From the human T2T-CHM13v2.0 reference genome, Homo sapiens, in assembly GCF_009914755.1 (NCBI RefSeq), contig NC_060927.1: a DNA stretch of 64,000 nucleotides; one strand, written 5' to 3'. A program made the translations under genes and the position numbers. Below, piece by piece: positions 41,026-54,568 of the stretch. Numbering within the stretch: the stretch's first letter is position 1; each line of letters opens with the position of its first letter. The notes below the pieces were generated by a model. The model searched no databases. It was not told the origin of the DNA and saw only the letters and a list, made by a program, of their open reading frames with translations.

Positions 41026-42664
41026 TTACATTATCCACAGCAACAGTTAATAAGCACTGGTAAACATCATCTGGCTTATTTTTGATAATTCATTATGTGT
41101 TTTTCAGCTGTAACGTTATCAAAATCTGTTTAAATTCACTTAGTTTTTACTATTTAAGAGTAGAGAAATGCATAAATGTACTCTCTGCTATGTAGCATCT
41201 ACCAACTACGCACCTCTCTACCTGCTAGCTTCTGTGGTTTTCCCATGGCCATGGCACTGTAGGCTCTACCCATCCAGTTTGTGTTTACCTTATCTATGCC
41301 CTTTATCTTTTTGTAGAGGTCAGCATGTAGAAAGGTAATCATTTTAATCTGCTCTCACATAGCACCCTTTTTAAAAATCCCTCTGATCATTTTATCTGCC
41401 CTTCTTCAGACCTTTTCTAGCTCTATTTCCTCTCTTTTAAGGTTCATCAACCAGAACCACATATAGTGCAGATGAACGAAGGTTTTGTACAAGGGCATTG
41501 GCCTTGGTGTTCCTGGGGGATGCAATGTAGTTATCCTAAAAAAGGCAAATCCTAGGGATTGAAACGTAAAATAGAACTGGAAATAGAAAGAGAGAGGAGA
41601 TAGGCACATGAATAAAAATTCTTCCTTTTTTCTGTCTCAGGCTATTTATTCCTTCATTTCTTTTTGCTTCTTAAGTGGAAAATGGGTGGGGATTGGATGA
41701 CAGGACATTAGAGGAGCTGCAGTGACTTGGGGAAGCAGAGATGTTCATTAATTCAAGCTGGTCCGTAGAGCAGTTGACAGGATTCTAGGCAAAATTGTTT
41801 TTATTAGCATCTATCTCCCTTTTTAAATCCATGACTCCTGGGTTTCTGTTCTTCCCTTTGCCTTTCCCTACATTTCTTTAAGTAAGAGGTCTATTGGCTG
41901 TCCAAAATATACCCCAAATCACCATCTGCTCCCAAATCCTTGCCTTCCCTACCCCCTCCTACTCTCAAAACAAAAGTGCACATTTGCAGAAGAAATTTTG
42001 CTGAGCTGGCAGCCCTCAGGAGCTGGTGATCTGATTATCTCATTAAAGCAATTTACTCGGAGTGTGAATGAGCCTTAACCCTTCCAGGGATCACATGAAT
42101 TTTGAAAAGCATTTGTCAAACCTAAATAATCTATGATTGATCACATTTTTGGGCACATTGGAATATGCATAAGTGCGGGGGTGGGGAGGAGTCTGTTTTG
42201 GAGAGATGGCTGCTTCTTTCTCTTTTTTGCACACTTCCAGGCATGGGTGTTGTGTGTCGGGGAGTAGGAGGGGTGACATCAAGAGAGAAATGCACAGACA
42301 CCGCATTACAGCTGCACAAAATGCATACTTGGTTAAGTAAAAACAGAGAGTCCTTTGGGGAAGAGAAACAGATTAGCTGATGAAATCCCAATTTTTTCAA
42401 AATTTAAAATCTCCTAACTGTGGAGGGGCATTTATGCTTTAAATGGACTCCCCATCAATTCCTTTTCTTGCTCACAGCACTAATTTGCTATATTTTCTTG
42501 AGTACTGATCATACCTTCCTTGGAGTTCATCAACAATTCCTTCTGTGTTTCCTTTTGTATACCTCTCCCCACAAACCTTAGTGCCAACTGCAAAGTTGAA
42601 TAGCAATCTCATAGGATTGCGGCATTGGAAAGAACCTAAGAAATCACCCAGTTACATTTTTCAT

Positions 42665-43230
42665 CCCAGTTTTAATAGACGTCTGTCATTTTTGCAGCCC
42701 ATTGTCTAGACGTCTTTTTTCCAGATAGAAGACTAGCCTGAATTATCTTTCAGAAACAACCTGTCCACACTGTCAGCCCAGGCAATTTGCCTGAGTTTGA
42801 CCCTATTTTCAATTGGGGGAAGGGTAGGCCCTGACTGACTTTTGTAATGAAACAACTATCCCATACCCAGCTGACCACAGTAATTGCCTCAGGAGTGGGA
42901 AAGGAAGCTAATTATGGGTAAGGCAAATCAGGTTTGGAATTTTCATTATACCATTTATAAGGGAGGTTTTTCCTTAGACGTGAGATACAGGGTGGGAAAT
43001 CTACAGGGCTGTAGCCATCTGGCTATCATGAAACCAAGCTGCTGTCAGAATGAAACCACAAGAAAGGAGGGGAAGTGAATTTTGTGGGCATCATCAGAGC
43101 CCTGCATGTAGCTTCTGCAAAACTAAAGCTTGATTAAGCCCACCACTTCTCAGCCACTACATCTCCTTTTAGATTTACATAGTTTTGAGCAGGATTTTCA
43201 ATCACTTGCATCAGAGAGGAACCAAAACGA
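42665..43230 (+). mobile_element. Old ERVL LTR (LTR16-like)
   Basis: GCCATCTGGCTATCATG, ending GGATTTTCAATCACTTGCA; heavily diverged. Confidence 0.45.
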
Positions 43231-43789
43231 CAGGCCTAAGATGGGGAATGAAATTATTTCTACTCTAGCCTGCCACACAGTTTTCCAAACATTAGGAAAT
43301 CCTTCTGAATATTTTATTCTCTGAATCTTCTGCCCATTTACTCAAGTGTTTTATTTAAGGTTTTGTTTAGAGATAATCAGAATTTCTTTCATTCTGTTAT
43401 CCCTCAGGTACTTGAACACAGTTAGCCTGGCTCATCGTACCTAGATCCCTAATTTGTCAATTCTGTGGGAAAAACATCTTGAGTTACTGCAACTTTTCTT
43501 TATATGACAAGTTGCCACCCCATGAATGATACATATTGTTGCAGTTGTTATTGAAACGTAGTTCCTGTAATGCAGGATCACAGGACCCTGTGGGTTTATA
43601 GCTCTGTGACATCCCTCCATCCCTCATAGCCCCCCCGCCGCTGTTAAAACTCTATTGTTATTTATGCAACCTAAGTTACAGTCTTTTTTATTAGCTACTA
43701 TATCACACTGTGGAAATTTCTGTCCTCCAAATAACCAGAAAAATGTTTTCATTTTAAATGGCACGCCCCTTAATCTTATATTTTCAGGA

Positions 43790-44310
43790 TAATATTTTTA
43801 TCATAAAATTAATACATGTATGTTATGGAAAATTAGAAGACATAAATAAACATAAAGAAGAAAATTTTATTCCTAAAATTATTAACCAGAGAAACCACAG
43901 ACATACTCCTGGATAGCCCTTCACACATTTCTTTTCATGTCTTTGCATATCTACATAAGCATAACATTTATTTTGTAAAAATAAAGTATATAATATTCTT
44001 CCACAGTCTTTTTAACTGCTTTATCATTGATATATTCTCATATAAATAGGTAAATACAACATATTTTTAATGGATGTATAGTATTGCCTTGTGGCAGGGG
44101 TACAATTTGACTGACTGACTATTCATGTTTTTTTTTTTTTTTTTTCTGTCAATAGATATGTTCCTGATTATTTTCTTAGACTAATTCTCTCTGATAGAGT
44201 AGCAAGTTTAGAGGTTATGAATATTTTGGAGCTTCAGTTGTTTATTTCCTTATTTCCCTCCAGGAGGATTAAACTAATTTATCAGCTCATTAGCAACATC
44301 CCCACCATCA
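43790..44310 (-). mobile_element. L1ME-type fragment
   Basis: TTTTTAATGGATGTATAGTATTGCCTTGTG and similar antisense L1M 3' motifs. Confidence 0.45.
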
Positions 44311-47300
44311 TGAGGTGTCATTTAAACAACAACGAAAACTATCATCAGGACTTGCAACTTAATCATCTTGATGTTGGCCCAAGAGTTTAGCCTGTCAGCA
44401 TTGTTTTAAGTCTTCATTCTCATTAATGCATTATTGATATTCACCTCTTGTCACATTATTATTTATAATGGAAAAGTTACTTCTATGACACAGTTAATAA
44501 CAGATAAAAATCTTGAGCAGGGTCATGCCTTGTTAAGGTTAAATACTTTGAGACCTCTTTCCAGGTTCAAGTGAATTTGTAAGTTAATATTATTTGGATT
44601 GTTATACCTCTTTTACTATAACCCAACCCATGTTTTCATCTTCTCCACCAGATTTGGTGGCTTGGCAGAAACCTAAAATTAAGATATGTCTCTGTGGGTT
44701 TCCCTACCACATCTCTAGCTAGCTTTCCTTTGAGATTAGAATTAAGCCCAAAGTTACAATTCCCCCAAAACATCTTCTACCTTAGGAAAGATGAAACTGT
44801 CAGCACAGTAAGTCAGGTCAATAATTTATCAGAGTCTGCTTTTAGTAGATATTTTAGTGTGAATTCCCTCATCTAGACCATTTATAAAAGTGTCAAAACT
44901 GGCCCTGGGAGTGATTCCTCTGAGTCTTAATTATTAGCCTTTCTCTACATATAAAAATGTATATGTATTCCTATATCTTTTCTTCTTCTGACTTCAAATC
45001 TAATCCCCTATTATAAATTATTTCCTCTACCTCCATAGTGATTCATTTTAATAGTGTATATTACAGGAAGATAGTAATAACTTCTGATGTTCTAAAAATT
45101 CTCTGAAACTCCTTAGGAATGTTAGTTTATGAGAGCATATGTTACTACACAATGGAGATTTTAAAAAATAAAAAGCATAAGTGCTAGAGATAAGGACTGT
45201 TTGGGTATACTCAAACTGGAATAGGAAAAAGATAGGTCTTAGACAAATAATTTAGTGCCATAGCCTTAGTTTGTTCTTTTATCTACCAAGTAATGAATAC
45301 TTGCCATGTGTACCTCACAGAGGTCCCAAGATTATCAAATAAAAGCACACACACAGGGTGTGAATGTGCCATCGTGAAGCACCAAATAATGTATAAACAT
45401 CAGCATATTTAATAAAAATAAATATGTATAATAAATATCTCATTTAATCTTCAATGATGTCAAGGCCTTTAATCTCAGTTTTAGTAGATGCCAATACTGA
45501 GGCTCCAAGAGTTTGCTGTTAACACCCAGGATTATATGGCAGATTTGTATCCCCAGTCCCAGTTCATAAGGCTCCAAATCAATGGTCATTTGACTTAATG
45601 GGTTGTGAGGTATGTGGCTGAAAGTCATTCCCTACTTATCATCAAATATTAAAGTCTGGAAATTTAAAAAATAAATATAATTTAGAATTATATTCAATTT
45701 TGAATTATACAAAATTGTATCTTTAATTATGTCATTATCACTCATTGGAATTTCATGCTCTTTCCAGACTGACAGAAAATAGGGGTGGAGGTACAGCTAG
45801 CATGAAATTAATTATTTATGCTTAACATCCAGCCTTTCTGAGGTGCCCACAGGGAGTAACAGATACTGATGCCACTTTAATAATTATGTTGACTATGAAT
45901 TATTGCAGTGCTTGACTTTACTATAAATGTTGTGGTGTTTTTTCAAAATCTGGGTACGCCTATGGGAGTGTGTTGAGTATATGAATGTCATCTGTCATAT
46001 GTGTCACAGCAGAAACAGTAGCTGGGGATGCTGGACAACATCAGTCTGCAACTCCAGAAGAGGTATAAAGGAATTTATATACTTCTTAAAAGATTTTCAT
46101 CTCTTCATTGAGCTATCTGATGTGTGAGATTATCTAATCCTCCAAGGGCAGGAAATTTCATTATTTTAAGATTTGAACCCATATAACTTGACTTATTCTG
46201 TTTTCATAAGGGGGATCCTATAGTAATCCCTCAGCTACTTAGATCCCTTTTAATTAAGGTCCTTAAAACAGAGAAAATACTTTTTTATAAAGTGGAAGCT
46301 TGGTAGGTAGAAAAACAAGTTCAGATGCCTGCAATGTCTGAGACTTCATAGTTATTTTGAACAAGAGCAAACAGGCCAGTGAAAATAAGATGCACGGAGA
46401 CCTATAGGTAGAGAAGCAGATGTCAGTCCCAGCTTTTGGTGACCTGCAGCACTGAAAATATTTAAATTGAAATGACACATCTAGTCTGGTGAGATCCCCC
46501 TTAAACAATGACTGTTTGTTGAAACAGGCCATGGAGTTCCTTAGGGGTATTTCTGGAAAGACAATTCTGGTTGATAATATAAATTTTCAACAATGGGTAT
46601 AGCTTAATGAATCAACTAAAGGTTACTTTCGGTAAACTACACGTAATTTAAAAGTACTACAGATGGCAGGAAACTCACTTATTTATATTACCAGAGAAGG
46701 TGGTGTTACACATAGATGAAATTTTCTGTATAATTAAAGCCCAACCACTTTTTGTCAAGATCTGCAAAAGAATGTAAGAGTGGCTAACCCTACCTAAATT
46801 TGTTGCAACTGCAATAAACTTTAAGCTCTTGTTTCTGCTCTGACAGTAAGCAATCTGACAGCAAAGAATAATGGCATGGGCTGAAAAACCTGATAACCAA
46901 GTCTAAACAAATAATCTCATGTAAGAGTAATAGGTTCTCAAAGACAGTTTGAGGAAAAAAGTCCTGAAACATTGATACATGTATAGCATGCCAGACTGTG
47001 AGTGGGGAAAGAAAGATCCTAGTAGTCACAAATAAGAAGGCCACTCCATGTTATATCTCAGATATTACACAGTCAATGTCTCTGCCTATGAAAAATCCTG
47101 TTGATTCTGTCCCCAGTTGAGAGCTGACTCTTCCTGCTGTAGTCAAGGTGGAAAAATTTCACCCCATCTCTCTCTCACCCAAACATGGGGGAGAGTTTCC
47201 CAGGCAAATCTAACAAAGCAGTGCTCAATAAAATACTCAGGGCAGCAGTCACATACATGTAACTTCAGAGTCTGTTGTCAAATAGTCAAAGAATATCTGC

Positions 47301-47460
47301 CCCACAAAAACAAAGAGAATTCATCTTTGATCTCTAATCAGTGGAAGGCATAATGCAACTCTTCTTCATCTACAGGTGAAGAATCTTTAAAAAAGACCTG
47401 AACTCTGAGTAACTACTGAAGGCAAGCTTAGGTTTCTCTGCAATTAAAAACAGGGACCCC

Positions 47461-47756
<296 letters not shown>

Positions 47757-48806
47757 AAAAACAGGGACCCTTACTCAAAGTAGTAATCAGCCTGGGAACA
47801 TTCTGGAAGACAGGGAGGAGAATCAGCAGAACCAACACAATAAAAAGAAAATGGAAACCAGGAGCACAGCAGACACAGTGCACTATAGCCATTTCAGAGA
47901 GACGGAGAGGAAATTAGAATATCAGAAATGCATTGCATATTTTATATTGCTTATTGCATTTCATTATGCTTAAATTAGTGGTATAATAAACTATATTAAA
48001 ATGCCTTCAATAGTATGCATTTAGTCTTTGTAAGATCCTAAATTGAAATTTCCCAACAGGTATTATAATACTATTGTCAATGACTGAACCAAGGGGCACC
48101 CTAAATGTCAATTGCAGTTAACATTCTGGCATGCAAAGAAGGTAGGTAGGAGTGCAATCATCTCTTACATATGCCACACACAAGCTAACACAGCTCATTC
48201 ACGTCACTCCAATAGGTAAAACAATTCATTGTTTTCTTAGAGGAATTTTATTTTTGCTTCCTTTAGAAAGAAGTGATGCTGTAAAAGAGCAATTATTACT
48301 CGACATTTAAAAAAATAAATATCTCTGCCATAAGTATAAGCACTTGAGTTTTTGAAATTTAATTTGAAATCAGAGTGGACCAACTTGATATATAACAAAC
48401 AATAAATAACGTTTAATAACAATAATGTTGCAAAGTATCAGGACCTTACTGCTTCCTCAATGACTTTATTTCATTTGTTTCTAGTTTCTTCCTTTATTTA
48501 CATGCATCCATGGTTAAGCTGACTCTTGCCCTGTGTAGAATGCCAAGCAAATTTAAGAAAACATATGCTATTGGTTTATACCTATTTTAATGTTAAAGTT
48601 TAAATAATCACCTTTTCATTTAAATAATCATTTAATCAATCCTTGAATAAAGGTTCTAGCTTTTAACAGTACTATAAATTACTTAGAACTTGTTCAAAGC
48701 TCAGTCAATACTGAAATATTCAGTCACGAAGCCCAAATTGGTACCATCTTCCTTGTATTTCATTATACATTTATTACAGTTCATACCTCTCTTTCTCATA
48801 GCATAC

Positions 48807-49375
48807 TGTGTCTGGAGTTATTCCTTCTGGTGGGTTCGTGGTCTCCCTAACTTCAAGAATGAAGCCATGGACTTTCACAGTGAGTGTTACAGCTCTTAAA
48901 GGTGGCACAGACGCAAAGATTGAGCAGCAGCAAGATACATTGTGAAGACCAAAAGAACAAAGCTTCCACAGCTGGAAGCGGACCCGAGCAGGTTACTGCT
49001 GCTGGCTGGGGTGGCCAGCTTTTATTCCCTTATTTGTCTCTGCCCATGTCCTGCTGATTGGTCCATTTTACAGAGTGTTGATTGGTCCATTTTACAGAGT
49101 GCTGATTGGTCCATTTTACAAACCTCTAGCTAGCCACAGAGCACTGATTGGTGCATTTTTACAAAGTGCTGATTGGTCCATTTTACAGAGTGTTGATTGG
49201 TCCATTTTACAGAGTGCTGATTGGTCCACTTTACAAACTTCTAGCTAGCCACAGAGCACTGATGGGTGCGTTTTTACAAAGTGCTGATTCGGGCATTTTA
49301 CAAACCTCTAGCTAGCCACAGAAGAGTTCTTCAAGTCCCTACCCAACCCAGAAGTCCAGCTGGCTTCACCTCTCA
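48807..49375 (-). mobile_element. LTR12 (LTR12F-like, ERV9) solo LTR
   Basis: Minus strand starts TGAGAGGTGAAGCCAGCTGGACTTC and ends CA; CCAATCA repeats; 4-bp TSD ATAC at 48803-48806 and 49376-49379. Confidence 0.93.
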
Positions 49376-49890
49376 ATACTACACTTATTCATCACGACTT
49401 TATCCACATAAGATAGCTCCCTCCTAATCTTTTCCACACCTCTGTACAGCCTCAGCTCCTCTGCCCCAGAAATCACTCAAAAAGTTAAGATACTCTATAT
49501 CCAGTTAAACATTTTCATGGGCTGGGGGGTAGGAAGAGGAAGATTGATTATGACAAGCTACTGGTGAATAGTTTTATGATATCCAGAAATTGACAAAATA
49601 GCCATAAAATGTGATATATGTTAATGAAGTCAAAGTCACCACATGAAATTAACACCAGTATAATTATTTAACCATAAAATAACTTAGCGCATAGTGCATG
49701 CTTTCTGCTTCTCTCTCTCTCCTTGCTCTCCCTGTTAGCTGACAACAGGATTATGTATTATGCTTTTTCTCTTTTATACCCGTTTGATGGTGACAGAAAT
49801 TGAAAACTTTACTACAGCCTAAGATTACTGAATACTGAACACAAACAAACATACATACGTATTCTCAAAACACAAAAGCTAACATTATTT

Positions 49891-50325
49891 TGCAGGAAGA
49901 CAGGTCTCCAGATAGCGCTGGCTAACCCAGCTCTCCCCACCCTGCCTATTGCAGCTCTCAGAATAATTGTAGAATAAGTCAATAATGAAATGTCCTGAGA
50001 TAAAGAGGAAATGTCTGGAACATTCCAGGCTATGTCCTTTTTCTTCCTAGAACAGGATGTCCTACAATGCTTGTGCTCCGTGCAAGGTTGTGCCAAGGTT
50101 ATAAAACCCAGGGCAGAGTGCCTCTAGTGTCCTCCAGCTACAATGTGAAGTGGGGCATTCGCAGACAAGACACTTCTCACCCCGGGCAGCCTTCCTGAGA
50201 CTTGGGGGACAAGCTTGCCATGGACTTTAGGTTTCTATTTATTCTTGCTGTCTATCTGTGAGTAATGTGCTGTGCCTGCTGTGTTGTGCTAGTGTTTTGT
50301 CTCACCAGACTTGAGAACCTTTGCA
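49891..50325 (+). mobile_element. LTR47-like (ERVL) solo LTR
   Basis: TG...CA termini, 5-bp TSD TATTT, TATAAAACCCAGGGC, TTCCTGAG.CTTGGGGGAC, TGTCTCACCAGAC. Confidence 0.8.
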
Positions 50326-50429
50326 TATTTATACACAATTACTTAAATATTGTTGAAGCATTTTAGGAACATTTAGAATAAATCACAATATCAATTAACA
50401 TGCATATTAACATAGGGCAAAAGGTGTTA

Positions 50430-50575
50430 TTGGTCAAAAGCAAGGCTAATTTGTTTATGAAAATCAAATCTTGTTGAATTAATTTAATTACTGTCTAGAA
50501 ATGACAAATTAATGTCACAGATTACAGGGGAGTGACAGAGATGATCCTCCTTGACATCATCAAGACCTGAGCCTG
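50430..50575 (+). mobile_element. L3/CR1 reverse-transcriptase remnant
   Basis: FMKIKSC*INLI resembles GF.K.KSC.TNLI; MILLDIIKT resembles VIYLDFSKA. Confidence 0.55.
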
Positions 50576-51874
50576 CATGAAATTCCTACAAAAGGAGCTA
50601 AATTTTAAATTGCTTTGCTTTATTCTTTCAACAGTGTCCACAAGTTGTAAAATTTCATAACTAAAAGTCGAGCCTCTTTACAGGGAGGATCACAACAGGC
50701 TGCAAAATTGAAAACTGCAAGTTTCATCAGAAAGAATACGTATCAATGTTAATTAAGCATTCATTAGAAAGGCTAAGTGAGCCATGGGGGGAAAAAAAGA
50801 GTACCATGTAGCTGTTGGTAATTTAGAAAGTCAAAATAACCTGCCTTCATTAGAAGTTAAGGGTCACAGTTTCAGGGGAGGAATACGGAAGAAACAGAGA
50901 GCAGAGGGTTTTATTTTTCCCTAGCTTTTTATGTTCTTCATTTTAGACTTCAAGAGCAGTTGTGCAAAAAGACTGAATGGGTATTTGTAAAAGGTCAGTG
51001 TGTAGTAAGAAAGGAATCATGATGCGAGTTTAAGATCACCTCACAAGAACTGATTAAGAAGGCTATTGTAAGAAAGCTAATTAAGGCAATTAACTCAGCA
51101 TCAGGTGGAACAGCTGGTGGGGATTTTCCTAGCAAAGCCTGAACTAGCTTAGGTGTCCCACTGTCAATGGCATAGTCCAGGGGCTCCTAGCCTTCACAAA
51201 AAGATAAGAGGAAATTGTAATTCAGGTCTGGGAAGGAATCCAAGGGTTTGATTTAGTTAAGTGATAATTGATAATTGCTGAGGATAAATCAAAATTGTCT
51301 AAGTGTACTTAAAAGTAACAATGTGTACAGACAGCGCCTTACAAACTGCAAGAGGCAGCCACATTTGGACTTGTTAATTCATATCATTTTAACATTGTCT
51401 AAGTTTTATTTAGAATAATCTAAAACTTTTCTTGCTTTTGCAAAATATCCTTTGTGATTGGAACCTGAGCATCACTTCTAGGAACCCTATTTTCTAACCA
51501 GAGGTCAGTGCCTACTGCCTCAAACCTGATGGAGGCAATTCGAGTGGCTCTTTTGGTCTGTGGCACTTACCTTTCAAATTTCAATTATTTGTTCACAAAC
51601 ACATAAGAAAACGGCACGTAAAAATGCTTGGCTGAACGTGGAGGTAAGAAGAGAAGAAAACTGCTCAAGAAAAAGCAACAAACAAAGAGACCTAGAGTTC
51701 ATTATCAAGAATTTCCCACTGATGGAAAAAACAGAGACCTGAACAAAGAAAAGATATGAGGCAGAGAAAATGGGGGAAAAAAGGTCTAGTGATAATGAGT
51801 AGAGCAAAAATAAGATGAAACTGTGAGTTGAAATGGTTTTGAAAGAGGAAATAGAAGTTTGTCAACTTAGCTAT

Positions 51875-52225
51875 AATAAATGTGGTACATACACACCATG
51901 GAACTACACGGTCATAAAACATTTTTAAAAAATCATATCCTTTGCAGCAACATGGATGCAGCTGGAGACTCTTATCCTAAGCGAACTATCACAGAAAGAG
52001 AAAATCAAATATCATTTATAAGTGGGAGCTAAACACTGAGTACACATGGACATGAAGATGAAAACAATAGACACTGGAGAATTTAAGAGGGGGCAAAACC
52101 ACCTACTGGGTACTATGCCTGCTACCTGGGCTACAGATTCATTCGTACTCCCAACCACAGCATCACGCAGTATACTTTTGTACCAGACCTGCACACATGT
52201 ACCCCAATTCTAAAATAAAAGTTGA
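51875..52225 (+). mobile_element. L1PA15/16- or L1PB-type 3' end
   Basis: TCCTTTGCAGCAACATGGATGCAGCTGGAG, ATAAGTGGGAGCTAAAC, CTAAAATAAAAGTTGA. Confidence 0.88.
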
Positions 52226-52538
52226 GGCTGCTTGTGGTGGCTCACACCTGTAATCCCAGCACTTTGGGAGGCCAAGGTGGGTGGATCATGAGGTCAGGAG
52301 TTCAAGACCAGCCTGGCCAATATGGTGAAACTCCATCTCTACTAAAAAATACAAAAAAATTAGCTGGGCATGGTGGCGGGCACCTGTAATTGCAGGTACT
52401 CAGGAGCCTGAGGCAGGAGAATCGCTTTAACCCGAGGCGGAGGTTGCAGTGAGCTGAGATCGCGCCACTGCGCTCCAGCCTGGGCAACAGAGCAAGACTC
52501 CTTCTCAAAAATAAAAAATAAAATAAAATAATAAAATA
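52226..52538 (+). mobile_element. AluS inserted at the L1 3' terminus
   Basis: Perfect TSD AAAATAAAAGTTGA at 52212-52225 and 52539-52552. Confidence 0.95.
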
Positions 52539-53651
52539 AAAATAAAAGTTGAAAAAAAAGAAGAAAATAATTATCTACACAGGGTCTGAGAGAAAGAGAT
52601 CTTAAATGTGTGTTTAGTCTTATGAGTGAATTGGAAGTCTATGCTAATAATAATTTGAGTCCAATAAACATGTACTTGTTTGGTGTATTTTGTGCAACAC
52701 TATTGATGAAATAGAAGAAATTTGCATTCTATCGAAAAGAGCAAAGGCTTAAGAGTCAATATACTTTTATTTATTCAATTATAATAGCTTATATTGAATA
52801 AGCACTTCCTAACAGCTTTATTTGATTAATACTTTAGAGGTGTTATCTTACATGAGTTTTTTGTCAAATTTTTGTGGTAGGTACCATTTCACCTCCATTT
52901 CACACCTTGAGGAAATATAGGCTTAAGAAGACAAGCTACTTCAGCATTATAGTTAGTAAACACTGCTGCTACAAGTTTACTTATATTTCAAAAAAGTGAA
53001 ATTAGCAAAGAAACAATTAAAATTAAATTTTTGTGTTGCTTTGTTTAAAAACAAGATCATTATACTTCATTTTAGAGTCAATTTGTCAGAGTTCAAAAAA
53101 TACTCTGAATTTTTATTGAAATTACATTACATTTAAAATTTAATTCAGGAAGGTTTTTACAATTTAAGACATTGAGATTTCTCAACTATACGCATATTTT
53201 ATTGTATAATTTTAATTGTCTATAGCATATCCTTATTATTTAAAATTTTCTTCATAAAGTTTGTGCTTATTTTTAATATTTATTTCTAGTCATCTTACAG
53301 TTTGTTTTTATTATGAGTTGTGTAATTTTCATTGATTACATTTTGAATTAGTTTTTGTTGGCATAGTGGAACACATTTGATTTTTGCATGTTGATCCTCT
53401 AAGCTAACATCATCTGGCCACTGATGTTCACTCTCGCTTAGGCAAGTTCTAGAGTTATTCCTTCATTTATCAAATAATCTTTGAAGGAAGATAGGAAACC
53501 CATGAAGTATAACTATGCTATGCAGAGTAGTCAGTAAAAAATAGTGAAGGAAGGCCCAGGCTTCACCCATCCTCAGTAATTAATACCTGCATAGCAATTC
53601 AGGGGGAAAGTGGGCAAGGCATCCTAAGGCTCAGAAGGAGCAAAATGCTGT

Positions 53652-53658
53652 ACACACA

Positions 53659-53696
<38 letters not shown>

Positions 53697-53712
53697 CACG
53701 CAAGCACACACC
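53652..53712. repeat. (CA)n microsatellite
   Basis: About 20 CA units with a degenerate tail. Confidence 0.95.
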
Positions 53713-53909
53713 AATGCCTCTAACTTCATCGAAACTCTTCTTTCTGGAACTCTTTACTCCTTTTTTAAATTTAAGTTTTTAACTTAAGTACATGTTAATA
53801 AACTGTATGAATCAGAGGTGCACAGCTTGAATCTTTAGAGGGTGAAAAGGTCCATTTAACCAATACTTAGGCTAATAAACAGAATGTTCAGAAGTCCCCA
53901 CATATTCTT

Positions 53910-54385
53910 AAATTCATGACAGTCTATCCATTCAATGAAGATATAAAACCTGGAATCTCTGCTGTACTCTGTCCTGTATATATCTACATACAACTAACAC
54001 CAACTCATGTGGATGGTACCACATAACCTTCATATCCATCACCTTTTTCCTACTTCCAATCTCACATCTCTCCTTACTGGAGATACTGTAACAGGCTCTT
54101 GCCTGGCCTTCCCAGTCTCCATTGCTGTTCCAGTTGTTTTTCTCAAATCCATCAAGTGCACTTACTGCTTATGTGCCATCTCTGGCAAGAAGCCTTCCTT
54201 GAACCTTCCAACAGAACCCCACTGCCACTCTCCTGTCAGCCATATCCTTACTCTATCATTCAATTTGATCACTGTTTGAAAGTATTTTTGTTTATATGTC
54301 TGTTTCTTCAAGAAAATTTTATTCATAGTTATACCCACAATGATCAGTAGACTGACATCTAGTAGATGGTCATCAGGTGCTTATA
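53910..54385 (+). mobile_element. L2 3' fragment
   Basis: AAAACCTGGAATC, AGAAGCCTTCCTTGAAC, ACATCTAGTAGATGGTCA. Confidence 0.5.
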
Positions 54386-54436
54386 GAACTAAAGGCAAAG
54401 GGTTACACCTGCCTGTCCTTCATTTAACAGTCAGTA

Positions 54437-54568
54437 TTAGCTGGTGCACACCTGTAATCCCAGCTATAATACTTGAGAGGCTGAAGTGGGAGGATCAGCT
54501 GAGCCCAGGAATTCAAGGCCAGCCTAGGCAAGATAGCCAGGCCCTGTCTCAAAAACAAAACACAAAAG
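54437..54568 (+). mobile_element. FLAM Alu monomer
   Basis: CCTGTAATCCCAGCTA...GGGAGGATC..GAGCCCAGGA...CCCTGTCTCAAAAA. Confidence 0.85.

Noticed and set aside
49052-49320. Regularly spaced short repeats that superficially resemble a CRISPR array
   Set aside because: No unique spacers; this is the LTR12 U3 CCAAT repeat in a primate genome
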